A DNA stretch of 64,000 nucleotides from an uncultured Gemmatimonadales bacterium. GTDB lineage: Bacteria > Gemmatimonadota > Gemmatimonadetes > Longimicrobiales > Longimicrobiaceae. The DNA lies in the NCBI GenBank assembly GCA_963716255.1, contig OY970303.1, positions 1,760,001 to 1,824,000 on the forward strand. Reading direction: 5' to 3'. A model generated the notes under the pieces. The model had not been told where the DNA came from. It worked only from the letters and a program-made list of their open reading frames with translations, and did no database searches. Shown here piece by piece: positions 50,768 to 60,761 of this stretch (position 1 is its first letter; every line of letters starts with the position of its first letter). The translations under genes and the position numbers were made by a program.

Positions 50768-50901
50768 GAGTTCGGGCGTGCCCCCGCTGACGCGGGGTCG
50801 GGCTTCGGCTCCGTAGGGCTGCAAACAACGCAGCCCAACGGAGTCGAGCCCCGGCCAACAGCCGCCGGGTCTCGCCCCTTCGGGCCGAAATCCCTCACGC
50901 G
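50768..50901 (+). repeat. Family-1 structured repeat, copy L
   Basis: About 14 nt after the stop, followed by a terminator hairpin. Confidence 0.95.
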
Positions 50902-50908
50902 ACGGCAG

Positions 50909-50948
50909 GCGCCCCCACCGGGAGATCCCGGTGGGGGCGCTTTTTCTT
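50909..50948 (+). terminator. Intrinsic terminator
   Basis: gcgcccccaccggga-ga-tcccggtgggggcgc then TTTTTCTT. Confidence 0.8.
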
Positions 50949-51057
50949 GCTCCGGGCTCCTTCCCGCTCCTGTTTCGGGCCGGCCGGCCGATACTTACTG
51001 GCATCCCCCGCCGGCGGCCGCCGATGGCCCCACTCCGCGTGAAGAGCTGCGTTCCCC

Positions 51058-53241
51058 ATGAGCATCAGGAACCCGAGAACCGTTCCGTCCGCCGGGCATC
51101 CCGGACCCTGGCCGGACCAGTGGCTGATGGACGAGTTCAGGAGGATCGGGCACGCGTCCGCGGCCCGGGCCGCGGGCATGACGGCGGCCACCGCGTGGGA
51201 AGCGCTTGCCGCGGCGGGCGTGGCGGACTCCGTCATCCTCAAGGCGGCGAGCGCGGCGACCCGGCTCCCTCCCGCGGACCTGTCCCGGGTGGAGGCCGAG
51301 CTGGCGTCCCTCCTCCCTCGCTCCGTGGCGCTGCGCTTCGGCGTGGTCCCCGTGCGGCTCCACGACGGGGTCCTGGAGGTCGCCTCCGCGGATCCGGTCC
51401 GGCACGGGCTGGCCGGGGAGATCGAGGCCGCCGTTTCGCGTCCCGTCCGCCTCGTCCTGGCGAGCCCCGCCCAGCTCCGCTCCGCGCGGGAAAGCCTGTA
51501 CCGGGCGCCGGCCCCGTCCCCGGCCACAGCGCCCCGGCACCCGGGGGCGGCTCCCGGGACGCCCGACCTCGACGGCACCCCCGTGGAGATCCTCGACCAC
51601 GTCCTCACGTCAGCGCTCCGCGACGGGGCCAGCGACATCCACCTGGAGCCGAAAGCGGACGGGATGCTGGTCCGCTTCCGGGTGGACGGCGCGCTGTACG
51701 ATTCCGGGTGGGTCCCCGGGGAAACCGCTCCTTCGCTCGTCAGCCGGATCAAGGTCACCGCCAACCTCGACATCGCCGACCGGATCCGTCCGCAGGACGG
51801 ACGGGCCATGACCCGGCTGGGCGGCAGGCCCGTGGACCTGCGCATCTCCACCCTCCCGCTGGGAGGGCTCGGAGAAAAGGTGGTGATCCGCATCCTGGAC
51901 TCCAGGGTCGCCAGCACCGGGCTGGAGGCCCTGGGGTTCACGCCGGCCGAGATGCACCGCCTGGACCGGCTCCTGAAGATGCGGGAGGGGATGATCCTCG
52001 CCACCGGGCCCACCGGGTCGGGAAAGACGACCACCCTGTACTCGGCGCTCCGGCACGTGCAGTCGTCGGAAAGCAACGTGGTGACGGTGGAGGACCCGAT
52101 CGAGTACCGGCTGCCGGGGATCAACCAGGTGCAGGTGAACGACAAGGCGGGGCTGAGCTTCGCGGCGGCGCTCCGCTCCATCCTGCGCCAGGACCCCGAC
52201 ATCGTCCTGGTGGGGGAGATCCGCGACGCGGAGACCGCGCAGATCGCCATCAAGGCCAGCATGACGGGGCACGTCGTGCTGTCCACGCTGCACACCAACG
52301 ACGCGCCGTCGGCCCTCTCGCGACTGGCGGACATCGGGGCGGAGGCGGGCGCCCTTTCGGGGGCGCTCAAGGGTGTGGTGGCCCAGCGGCTGGTGCGGCG
52401 GCTCTGCGGCGAGTGCAGCCAGCCGATCGCCCTGTCGGAGCTTCCCCCGGAGCAGCAGATGCTGCTGATGGGAAAGCACACCGACAAGCTCCGCCGGCAG
52501 GTGGGATGCCCGTCCTGCCGGGGGACCGGGTACCGGGGCCGGATGGTGGTGGCGGAGATCCTGGTCGTCAACGCCGAGATGCAGCACGCCATCGCCCGGG
52601 GGGCGAGTGTCCCGGAGCTGGCGGAGCTGGCCTGCAGGAACGGGATGCGGACGCTGTGGGAGTCCGGGCTGGAGCGCGTGCTGGCCGGGACCACCTCGCT
52701 CCACGAGCTGGTGGACAACGTGGCGGCCCCGGTGGCGCAGGACGGCGGCGCGCAGAGCGAGGTGGACGCGATCCTCGCCCGGCTGCTGGGGGGCGGAAGG
52801 AAGGACCCGGAGACAGCGGCGCCGCCGGCCGCGCCCATCTCCCGCGCCGGCCCGGCGCGGGCCGCGGGCGGCCCCGGCGCGAGGATCCTGGTCGTGGACG
52901 AGGACCGGGAGGCGCGCCGCGCGCTCCGGGCCGAGCTGGAGCAGGTGGGGTACCGGGTGATCGAGGCCGCGGACGGGGAGGCGGGGCTCGCCTATGCCCG
53001 CCGGCTGCGCCCGGACCTGGTGATCACCGAGCTCGCCATGCCCCGCCTGGACGGGATCGGGCTCCTGCAGGCCCTCCGCGACGAGGCGGGCGGCCCCCCG
53101 GTGGTGGTGTACACGAGCCAGGACGACGACGCGCTCATGGACTGGGCGCGCGAGCTGGGGGCGGGGGGTGTGTACGCCCGGCCGGCGGACGTGCGGATGC
53201 TCACGGCGTGCCTGCAGCCCGCGCGGCGCAACGCGGCGTAG
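51058..53241 (+). CDS. GspE/PilB-family secretion ATPase fused to a C-terminal receiver-like domain
   Basis: ASDIHLEP, PQDGR, TGPTGSGKTTT, TVEDPIEY, LRQDPD..LVGEIRD, STLHTN, CxxC..CxxC; C-terminal ILVVDED..PDLVITE..MP.LDG. Confidence 0.93.
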   Translation: MSIRNPRTVPSAGHPGPWPDQWLMDEFRRIGHASAARAAGMTAATAWEALAAAGVADSVILKAASAATRLPPADLSRVEAELASLLPRSVALRFGVVPVRLHDGVLEVASADPVRHGLAGEIEAAVSRPVRLVLASPAQLRSARESLYRAPAPSPATAPRHPGAAPGTPDLDGTPVEILDHVLTSALRDGASDIHLEPKADGMLVRFRVDGALYDSGWVPGETAPSLVSRIKVTANLDIADRIRPQDGRAMTRLGGRPVDLRISTLPLGGLGEKVVIRILDSRVASTGLEALGFTPAEMHRLDRLLKMREGMILATGPTGSGKTTTLYSALRHVQSSESNVVTVEDPIEYRLPGINQVQVNDKAGLSFAAALRSILRQDPDIVLVGEIRDAETAQIAIKASMTGHVVLSTLHTNDAPSALSRLADIGAEAGALSGALKGVVAQRLVRRLCGECSQPIALSELPPEQQMLLMGKHTDKLRRQVGCPSCRGTGYRGRMVVAEILVVNAEMQHAIARGASVPELAELACRNGMRTLWESGLERVLAGTTSLHELVDNVAAPVAQDGGAQSEVDAILARLLGGGRKDPETAAPPAAPISRAGPARAAGGPGARILVVDEDREARRALRAELEQVGYRVIEAADGEAGLAYARRLRPDLVITELAMPRLDGIGLLQALRDEAGGPPVVVYTSQDDDALMDWARELGAGGVYARPADVRMLTACLQPARRNAA

Positions 53242-53265
53242 CGGCCGCTGGAGCGGCGGCACCAG

Positions 53266-53305
53266 AAAGGCGCCCCCACCGGGATTTCCCGGTGGGGGCG
53301 CCTTT
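53266..53305. terminator. Bidirectional intrinsic terminator
   Basis: AAAGGCGCCCCCACCGGGA-TT-TCCCGGTGGGGGCGCCTTT. Confidence 0.8.
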
Positions 53306-53338
53306 TCGTACGGCGTGCTTCGTATGTCGTACTGCTGT

Positions 53339-54802
53339 TCAGGGCCGCGTCTGCCCGCCGGCCGCGGGCACCGGCCTCGCCTCGGGCGCGGCCTCGGCGG
53401 GGGCGTTGCGGCCGGGCTTCACGGCGGAGGAGTCGGTGCCGGGCTCGGGGCGGCCGGTGCGGGCGGCCCGGGCGGCGGCGGGGTCGGTGACGTCGCCGCG
53501 GGCCTGCTCGGCGGCCTTGCGGCGCGCCTCGGCCACGCCCTCCCGCTCGAAGCGCCGCACCATCGCCTGCACCTCCGGCGGGGCCGTGTAGGAGGCGGCC
53601 TTGTGCGACTGCGTCTCCCGGTCCAGCCCGGCCAGGAAGGGCTCGTACTTGGAGCCGGGGTGCCACAGGACCCAGTCGTCGTAGCCCACGTCGTACACCG
53701 CCTTCTTCTGCTGGCGGATCTGCTCCGGGCCGTACTCCTGGTGGTTGCGCCCCAGCCAGGGGGCGGAGAACGCCTGGAGCCAGGGCATCACCCGCGCCGG
53801 CTTCACCCCCGCCTCCGCCATGGCGTCGCTGCGCAGCCGCGCCATCCCCGCCGACTTGAAGATGGTCTCGTACGGCATCAGGTCCGGCCTGGGCACGCCG
53901 GGGAGGTGCACGGGGAGGTAGTGCGACGGGTACATCATGGGGAGCAGGTGGTCCGCGATGGCGGAGAGCGTCTCCCACTGCTGGCCGATGTTGACGTCCT
54001 GCGGGTCGTTGGGCGACAGCCCGAACACGTCCGCCGTCACCGTCACGCCCAGCGGGTGAAGGCGCCGCTTGGCCTCGTTGAGGAACGCGGCGATGGCGTC
54101 CGTGCGGTCGCCCCTGGCCTTTGGATGCACCTGCGCGGGCAGGCTCCGGTACGGCTCCGCGAAGCGGACGTAGTCGAACTGGATCTCGTCGAAGCCGGCC
54201 TTCGCGACCTCCTCGGCGATGTCCAGGTTGTAGTCCCACACGTTCTCGTCCCAGGGGCTCACCCAGGTGTTTCCGGCCTTGTCCACCCACAGGCCGCCCC
54301 CCGGCCGCTGCACCGACCAATCGGGCTTCGCCTTGGACAGGATGGGGTCCTTGAACACCACGATGCGCGCCATGGTGTAGATGCCGTGCGCCTTGAGCGT
54401 GTCCACGAACGTCTTCAGGTTTTCCAGCGTGTTCTCGCCCGGCTGCTGGAGCTGCTTGGGGAGGGGGAGCGCCGTGGTGTAGTGCACGCCCCGCTCCGAC
54501 TTGACGTCCACCACGAAGGCGTTGATCTCCGTGTCGTCCGCCATCTTGATGAGCTTGGGGAGCCGGTTGGGCGACCCGGCCGCGTACGCGTTCAGGTACA
54601 GCCCGCGGATCTGCGCGGGGGCCTCGTCGCGCGGCGAACTGGCGGCCGCGGCCGGCCGGGCCACGCCCGCGGCGGTGTCGGACGCGGCGGCGGCGGTGCT
54701 GTCGCCGCCGGTAGCGGCACCCTGCGCGCCCCCGCCCCCGTCGCCGCAGGCGGCGAGCAGGGCGAGCGCGGCGACCAGGACGGAATCGCGTAGCTTCAGC
54801 AT
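53339..54802 (-). CDS. Putative glycoside hydrolase (DUF4015-like) lipoprotein
   Basis: Lipobox LAAC; GLYL, NAFVVDVK, ARIVVFKD, GFDEIQFDYVRF, IGQ, PM.YPSHY, PWLQAF. Confidence 0.88.
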   Translation of the reverse strand: MLKLRDSVLVAALALLAACGDGGGGAQGAATGGDSTAAAASDTAAGVARPAAAASSPRDEAPAQIRGLYLNAYAAGSPNRLPKLIKMADDTEINAFVVDVKSERGVHYTTALPLPKQLQQPGENTLENLKTFVDTLKAHGIYTMARIVVFKDPILSKAKPDWSVQRPGGGLWVDKAGNTWVSPWDENVWDYNLDIAEEVAKAGFDEIQFDYVRFAEPYRSLPAQVHPKARGDRTDAIAAFLNEAKRRLHPLGVTVTADVFGLSPNDPQDVNIGQQWETLSAIADHLLPMMYPSHYLPVHLPGVPRPDLMPYETIFKSAGMARLRSDAMAEAGVKPARVMPWLQAFSAPWLGRNHQEYGPEQIRQQKKAVYDVGYDDWVLWHPGSKYEPFLAGLDRETQSHKAASYTAPPEVQAMVRRFEREGVAEARRKAAEQARGDVTDPAAARAARTGRPEPGTDSSAVKPGRNAPAEAAPEARPVPAAGGQTRP

Positions 54803-55008
54803 GCGGTCTCGGACGATTGGGAGGGGTCCTTCCGGGTGGCGCGGGGGCGCCGGAGCGCCGGAGCGCCGGAGCGCAGGAAGGATGGCAACATTCGCGCCGC
54901 CTGCCAAGCCCTTGGGGAGCGCGCCGGATCGCGAAAGCCACGGGAGGCGTCCGGCCGCGGCCGGGCGCCTCCCGTGGTGTCGTACCTCCCGCCGACGCAG
55001 CGCGATGC

Positions 55009-55140
55009 CGCGTGAGGGATTTCGGCCCGAAGGGACGAGACCCGCGGGCAGTTTCGCGGGGCTCGACTCCGTCAGCGAGCGTTGTTTGCTCGCTTACGGA
55101 GCCGAAGCCCGACCCCGGCGCGGCCGGGGGCACGCCCGAA
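55009..55140 (-). repeat. Family-1 structured repeat, copy M
   Basis: About 10 nt after the M1 peptidase stop. Confidence 0.95.
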
Positions 55141-55149
55141 TCACGCGGT

Positions 55150-57198
55150 TCAGTTCCTTCGGTTCCTGCTCGCCACGTGCTCCGGCGCGACCCACAGGTT
55201 GTTTTCCGGGTTCACGTCCGGGAAGATGAAGTCCGGGTCGATCTGCACGCGCACCGGGCGGCCGTACACCGGCACCGTCAGCGTCGCGGTGCGCAGCCGG
55301 TCCTCGGTCCACAATTCCACGGGGAGCTCGGCGCGGGTGATCGCGCCGTTGTCGGCGGTCACCACCACGGGGATCGGCGCGGGGACCTCGCCCAGGTCGC
55401 GGATGGTGACGCGCACCGCGCCCGGCTCCGTGGTCTCCACCGCCACGATGGCGTAGTCCAGCGTCCCGGTCTCCCACCACCACGGGTACCAGAACCAGTC
55501 CAGGTCGCGCCCCGCCACCCGCTCCACCGTGTCAAAGAAGTCCCACGGGTACGGGTGCCGGAAGCGCCACTCCCGCGCGTAGGTGGAAAAGGCCTGCGCG
55601 AACACGCTGTCCCCCACCACCCCGCCGAGCGAGCGAAGGAGCAGCCCCGGCTTGGTGTAGGCGGCGAGAGTACGGGCGCCGTACGGGCTCACCAGGTCGG
55701 TGTGGCGCATGAGCGGGACCTCGCGCTCGGTCCCCGCCACCACGATGTAGCCGGCGGCCTCGTCCAGGAAGGGCGACGGGGAGCCGGGAAAGTAGGCCTC
55801 CTGGGCGCGCACCTGCATGTAGGTGGCGAAGCCCTCGTCCATCCAGGCGAACGCGGCCTCGTTCTCCCCCACCATCATGGGGAACCACTGGTGCGCCACC
55901 TCGTGGGCGATCACGGAGTGCAGGTCGGCGGCCGCGTCGGGGCGCGCGATGAACACCAGGTTGGGGTACTCCATGCCGTAGATGGGCCCTTCGGACACCG
56001 TCATCTGCGGGTAGGCGTACGGCATCACCGTCCGGCTGAAGAACTCGATGGAGTGTCGCCCGTAGCGCACGGCTTCGCCCCACCCGGGCGCGCCGGGGCG
56101 GTAGAGCGAGTTCACCATCACTTCGCGCGCGGGGGCGCTCCCCTCGGCGGGAACGGCGGCGCGGGCGGCGTCCCACACGTAGCGGTCCGACGCGGCGAAG
56201 GCGAAGTCCCGCACGTCGGCGGCGGTGAATCGCCAGGTGAGGCGCCCGTCGGCGCCGCGCCGGGTGGCGCCCCCGGCGGCCAGGTCGGCCTCGGTGACCA
56301 CGCGCGCCACGGAGTCCGCGCCGGAGGCGACGGCGGCCAGCCTCGCCTGCGCCTGCGGGGTGAGGACCTGCTCGGGATTGCGCAGCGTCCCGGTGGCGCC
56401 CACCAGCCACCCCGCCGGGAGGGTCAGCGACACGTCCCAGTCGCCGTACTCCAGGTAGAACTCGCCGTCGCCCAGGTACGGGGTCGCGTCCCAGCCGTAC
56501 ACGTCGTCGTACGTGGCCACCTGGGGGTACCACTGCGCCACCTGGAGCACGCGGCCGCCCAGCGCGTCCTCCCACCCGGTGCGGAAGGCGCCCACCGGCG
56601 GGACGGTGTGGCGCCACTCCACCTCCAGCACCACGCTGTCGCCGGGGACGACGGCGCGCGGCAGCACCAGCCGCGCGAGCGTCCCCTCCACCGCGTAGCC
56701 CACCGGCATCCGCTCCTCGGGCGTGACCACCGGGATCTCGTCTGCCGTGCGCACCGCCAGCGGCTGACCCTGCGCGGCGACGCGCTCCAGCGTCACCCCG
56801 CCGGTGTTGGGCGCGTAGCGGTTCCGCGGCACGCTCTCGGTGAAGATGTTCTGGTACAGGTTGAGCACCACCGTGGTGAGCGGCACCGGCGACCGGTTGC
56901 GGTACACGACGCGCTCGCGGCCCCGCAGCAGCGCCGTCGCCGGGTCCAGCTCCGCCTCGATCCGGTAGCTCACCCGCTGCTGCCAGTAGCGCTCCCCCGG
57001 CGCGCCCGTGGGGGAGCGCGTTCCCCGCTGTACCGCCTGGCGGTACGACAGGGGAACGGGGACGGGACGGAGGAGCAGGCGCGTGGCGGTGTCCCCCGCC
57101 GCCGCGGGCGACGACGCGGGGCGGCCGAACGGCGAGCAGGCGGCAGAGGCGAGGAGCGCCGCCAGAAGGGTGGTGCTGCGGAACGGGCTTGGAATCAC
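55150..57198 (-). CDS. M1-family metalloaminopeptidase (lipoprotein)
   Basis: GMEYP, HEVAHQW-x-WMDEG (HExxH-x18-E), Y.K; lipobox SAAC. Confidence 0.93.
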   Translation of the reverse strand: MIPSPFRSTTLLAALLASAACSPFGRPASSPAAAGDTATRLLLRPVPVPLSYRQAVQRGTRSPTGAPGERYWQQRVSYRIEAELDPATALLRGRERVVYRNRSPVPLTTVVLNLYQNIFTESVPRNRYAPNTGGVTLERVAAQGQPLAVRTADEIPVVTPEERMPVGYAVEGTLARLVLPRAVVPGDSVVLEVEWRHTVPPVGAFRTGWEDALGGRVLQVAQWYPQVATYDDVYGWDATPYLGDGEFYLEYGDWDVSLTLPAGWLVGATGTLRNPEQVLTPQAQARLAAVASGADSVARVVTEADLAAGGATRRGADGRLTWRFTAADVRDFAFAASDRYVWDAARAAVPAEGSAPAREVMVNSLYRPGAPGWGEAVRYGRHSIEFFSRTVMPYAYPQMTVSEGPIYGMEYPNLVFIARPDAAADLHSVIAHEVAHQWFPMMVGENEAAFAWMDEGFATYMQVRAQEAYFPGSPSPFLDEAAGYIVVAGTEREVPLMRHTDLVSPYGARTLAAYTKPGLLLRSLGGVVGDSVFAQAFSTYAREWRFRHPYPWDFFDTVERVAGRDLDWFWYPWWWETGTLDYAIVAVETTEPGAVRVTIRDLGEVPAPIPVVVTADNGAITRAELPVELWTEDRLRTATLTVPVYGRPVRVQIDPDFIFPDVNPENNLWVAPEHVASRNRRN

Positions 57199-57335
57199 GG
57201 GACGCACTCCGGTTTTTGGCGAAGGGTCCCGCAAGGTAGGGGCCGGCAGGGAAAAGTCAACGGAAGTGGTTGCCGCGAAAGGGCCGGGAGCCGCGCGGCC
57301 GCGCCGGCCGGAGCCGGGGACCGCCGAACGCCCCG

Positions 57336-58238
57336 CTACGGCGCGCGGGGCCCTGGCCCCGCCGCCTCTTCCGGGGGAGCGGCGGCGCGCAGCAGGCCCG
57401 CCACGCCCAGGAGGTACCCGAGGACCGGGGAAACGCCGTAGCCCATGACCGGCACGGGGAAGCTCCCGGCGAGGGGGGCGAGGAGCGTGACGGCCACGTA
57501 CGCGCCCAGCGCCAGGCCCACGCGGCTCCCGGCGCGCCGTCCGGCCAGGAGGAACGGCACCGGCAGCAGCGCCAGCGCCGCTGCCGCCGCCACGGCCCAT
57601 CCCGCGCCGAGCCCGGCGGCCAGCCCCAGGATGCCCTCCACGTGGGGGACCGGGGCCACCGGATCCCTCCGCAGCCAGGCCAGGACGGCGAGAAGCGGCA
57701 GCGGCAGCAGGCCGGCGAGCCGTGGCGGGCGTCCGCCCGCCCCCGGCAGCAGCAGGACCACGGCCCCCGCCGCGAAGGCCGTGGCCTGCGCGGCATCGGG
57801 CTGAAGCAGGAGGGCGAGCGCCACACCGGCGGCGACCCCGGTGGCGGCCCACCACCCCCGCGACCGCGCGAGGGTCGCCAGCGCGGCGAGCAGGAGCGGC
57901 AGGAGGACCGCCGCGGCGTGGAGGCGGACCGGGCCGAGCTTCACCCACCGGTGGACGCCCTGCACCCCCGGGTCGAGCAGCGTGGCGGCGAGCGCCCCCA
58001 GGGCGAGCACGGCGACGACGTCGGCCCACCTTCCCCGCGCGGACGAGGCCCGGGTGCGCCCGGCGGCCAGGCATGCCAGCACGCCCGCGGCCCAGGCGGC
58101 AAGGTTCTGGCCCCACAGGGCCGCCGGCACGCCGGACGCCCGCATGACCAGCACACCCGCCAGGAGCGCCGGCACGGGGGCGAGCAGCAGCAACAGCGTT
58201 CCGCGGCGCGGGATGGTCCGATGCGCCTCCGTCGTCAT
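57336..58238 (-). CDS. Multi-TM membrane protein with an FtsW/RodA-like segment
   Basis: G..RW..LGP, LLQPD, PVP.MGYG.S; shorter than canonical SEDS proteins. Confidence 0.65.
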   Translation of the reverse strand: MTTEAHRTIPRRGTLLLLLAPVPALLAGVLVMRASGVPAALWGQNLAAWAAGVLACLAAGRTRASSARGRWADVVAVLALGALAATLLDPGVQGVHRWVKLGPVRLHAAAVLLPLLLAALATLARSRGWWAATGVAAGVALALLLQPDAAQATAFAAGAVVLLLPGAGGRPPRLAGLLPLPLLAVLAWLRRDPVAPVPHVEGILGLAAGLGAGWAVAAAAALALLPVPFLLAGRRAGSRVGLALGAYVAVTLLAPLAGSFPVPVMGYGVSPVLGYLLGVAGLLRAAAPPEEAAGPGPRAP

Positions 58239-58286
58239 GATCTGTATTGCGTGGGGGTGGATGCCGGCGCGGAGCCGGAAGGGGCG

Positions 58287-58814
58287 CTACTCCTCGGGGA
58301 TGGCCAGCTCCATCTCGGCCTCGGAGGAGTAGATGGTCTCGGGGCGGAAGCGGAAGCCGATCTTCTCGTACGAGCGCACCGCGGCGCGGTTGTGGGGCTC
58401 CACCGAGAGCCAGAGGCGGCGCAGCCCGAGCGCGCCCGCCACCTCCGCGGCCACCCGGTTCACCTTGGTGCCCACCCCGCGGCCGCGGATGGCGTGGTCC
58501 AGGAAGATGGCGTACTCGGCAACGCCCTGCTTGTCGGTGGGGACCATGAAGGCGTGCCCCACCACCTCCCCTTCGGCCTCCACCAGCAGGTGGGTGCCGC
58601 CGCGGAGGATGTTGTCCAGCCAGCGCCCGATGCGGTGGCTCCCCTCGGGGGGGAGCCCCTGGGCGGCGCGCTTGGGCTCGAAGCCGTCGTAGAAGCGGGC
58701 GATCGTCTCGCGCTCGGCGGGGTTCATCTCGCGGACGAGGAACGACTGGCCCTCGCGGTCGTGCAGGGTCACGGGGAGGATGTGGTTGAGGGGCGGTGCG
58801 GAAAGGGCGGGCAC
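58287..58814 (-). CDS. GNAT acetyltransferase (AcuA-like position)
   Basis: VVGHA, RGRGVGT, N..A.RSYEKIGF; directly downstream of acuC. Start uncertain. Confidence 0.85.
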   Translation of the reverse strand: MPALSAPPLNHILPVTLHDREGQSFLVREMNPAERETIARFYDGFEPKRAAQGLPPEGSHRIGRWLDNILRGGTHLLVEAEGEVVGHAFMVPTDKQGVAEYAIFLDHAIRGRGVGTKVNRVAAEVAGALGLRRLWLSVEPHNRAAVRSYEKIGFRFRPETIYSSEAEMELAIPEE

Positions 58815-58815
58815 G

Positions 58816-59991
58816 TCAGAAGCCCATCCCCCACCCGCGCAGCAGCGGCAGGGCCTGGCGGCGGAGCGACTCCAGCGTCCGCAGGTTGACGGCGGCCACC
58901 TCGGCGCGGCGGGGGACGGCGGGGAAGGCGCCCGGCTCGTCGCGAAGGCGCTCGGGCAGGAGCTCGGGGCTCTCCCCCTGCCAGCGGTCCAGCCACTCGC
59001 GGGGGATGCGGTCCGGGGCCTTCTGCCCGGAAAGGCCGGCCCACACCAGCGACCAGGCGCGCGGCACCACCGTCCAGATGGCGTAGCCCCCACCCCCCGT
59101 GGCGACGATGCGCCCGCCGCACACGCGGTCGGCCACCTCGCAGGTGATGCGGACGGTCTCCTCGTACAGCCGGGTGGTGGCGCGCAGGTGGGTGAGCGGG
59201 TCCAGCGTGTGCCCGTCGCACCCGTTCTGCAGGACGATGACGTCCGGGCGGAACGCCTCGGCCACCTCGGGGAGGAGGCGCGAGTACAGGTCGATCCAGG
59301 AGTCGTCCTCGGTGGAGGGGTCCAGCGGCAGGTTCAGCGAGTAGCCGTAGCCTTCGCCCTCGCCCAGCTCGTCCACGAAGCCGGTGCCGGGGAACAGGTA
59401 TCGCCCGGACTCGTGGATGGAGAGCGTGAGGACGTCCGGGTCCTCGTAGAAGATCCCCTGCACCCCGTCGCCGTGGTGGGCGTCGTAGTCGATGTACAGC
59501 ACCCGCCCGCCGTGCTCCCGGCGGATCCAGGCGATGGCGGCGGCCAGGTCGTCGTACACGCAGAAGCCGGACGCCTTGGCGCGGTGCGCGTGGTGGAGCC
59601 CGCCGGCCACGTTGAAGGCGCGGGTGGCCTCGCCGGACATCACCACCTCGGCGGCGCGGATCGTCCCGCCCACCACCGCGGCGGTGGCGTCGTGCATCCC
59701 GGGGAACACCGGGGTGTCGTCGGTTCCCAGCCCCCAGTGCCAGGCGTCGCGGGTGTCGGCCCCCTCCGCCCCCAGCCGCTTCACCGCGGCCACGTACTCG
59801 GGGGCGTGCACGCGCAGCAGCTCCTCGTCGGTGGCGACGCGCGGCGCGACCACGCTCACCCCCGGGCCGTCCATCAGCCCCAGCGCCTCGATCAGCGAGA
59901 CGGCCAGCTCCACGCGGCGGGGGTTGAAGGGGTGGTCGGGGCGGAAGCGGTACCCCAGCACCATGGGGTCCCAGATCAGGGCGCTCTTCAT
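58816..59991 (-). CDS. acuC: AcuC/HDAC-family Zn-dependent deacetylase
   Basis: HPFNP.R, GGLHHA, SGFCVY, D.DAHHGDGVQ, SIHESGRYLFPGTG, GGGGY. Confidence 0.93.
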   Translation of the reverse strand: MKSALIWDPMVLGYRFRPDHPFNPRRVELAVSLIEALGLMDGPGVSVVAPRVATDEELLRVHAPEYVAAVKRLGAEGADTRDAWHWGLGTDDTPVFPGMHDATAAVVGGTIRAAEVVMSGEATRAFNVAGGLHHAHRAKASGFCVYDDLAAAIAWIRREHGGRVLYIDYDAHHGDGVQGIFYEDPDVLTLSIHESGRYLFPGTGFVDELGEGEGYGYSLNLPLDPSTEDDSWIDLYSRLLPEVAEAFRPDVIVLQNGCDGHTLDPLTHLRATTRLYEETVRITCEVADRVCGGRIVATGGGGYAIWTVVPRAWSLVWAGLSGQKAPDRIPREWLDRWQGESPELLPERLRDEPGAFPAVPRRAEVAAVNLRTLESLRRQALPLLRGWGMGF

Positions 59992-59998
59992 CCGCGGC

Positions 59999-60670
59999 TC
60001 ACCGCGTGAGGAGGGCGCGGACGTCCTCCTCCAGCGAGGGCCACCCCACCCGGAACCCGGCCGCCTCCAGCGCGCCGATCACTTCCCGCGGGTCGATGGT
60101 CCCCAGGTGGAAGATGACCGTCTTGCCGCCCTCCACCCGCACCGGCGACACCAGCACGCTGACGATGTTCACGGAGTGCCCGGCCAGGATGGACACGGCG
60201 CGCGCCAGCTCGCCGGGGCGGTCCGGGAGCGCCACCTCCAGCCGCGAGGCGGGCTCGGTGCCGCCCAGGATCTGCACCATTGCGCTCAGCAGGTCGCTTT
60301 CCGAGAGAATGCCCTGGAGCCGCCCGGCCGTGTCCGTCACCGGCACCGCGCCGATGCGGTGCCGGCAGAGCAGCTTTGCCGCGTCCTCGATGGGGTCGGC
60401 GCCGGTGCAGGTGACCACCTCGGCGGTCATGACCGCGGAGATGGGGGTGCGCTCCAGGAAATCCACCCGCTCGGGGTCCGCCACCGTGAGCGGCGAGGGC
60501 ATCGCCAGGCGGATGTCGCGGTCGGACAGGATCCCCACCAGGACCCCGGCGCCGTCCACGACGGGGAGGTGCCGGACGCGGTGCTCCCGGGTGAGGCGGA
60601 GGGCGTGCGCCAGGGAATCGTCGGGCCCCACGGTGAAGGGGTCCCGGGTCATGCGGTGTCGGACGAGCAT
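59999..60670 (-). CDS. acuB: AcuB-like CBS-pair plus ACT-domain protein
   Basis: MT..P.TV, RHLPVV, GILSDRD, G.VPV, GILSESD; ACT motif DRPGELA. Confidence 0.88.
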   Translation of the reverse strand: MLVRHRMTRDPFTVGPDDSLAHALRLTREHRVRHLPVVDGAGVLVGILSDRDIRLAMPSPLTVADPERVDFLERTPISAVMTAEVVTCTGADPIEDAAKLLCRHRIGAVPVTDTAGRLQGILSESDLLSAMVQILGGTEPASRLEVALPDRPGELARAVSILAGHSVNIVSVLVSPVRVEGGKTVIFHLGTIDPREVIGALEAAGFRVGWPSLEEDVRALLTR

Positions 60671-60761
60671 CGCGAAGGAGGGGGGTACGGAGCGGCCGCG
60701 GGCGCGGGCCGGGAAAGGCCTCGCGCCCCGGGGGTGCGGCGGGCCTCGGCGGCCCGGGGCC

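Noticed and set aside
50909..53305. Near-identical hairpins flanking the PilB-like gene as attL/attR or integron attC sites
   Set aside because: Both have T-tracts typical of terminators, the motif recurs elsewhere, there is no integrase, and there are no RYYYAAC/GTTRRRY core sites.
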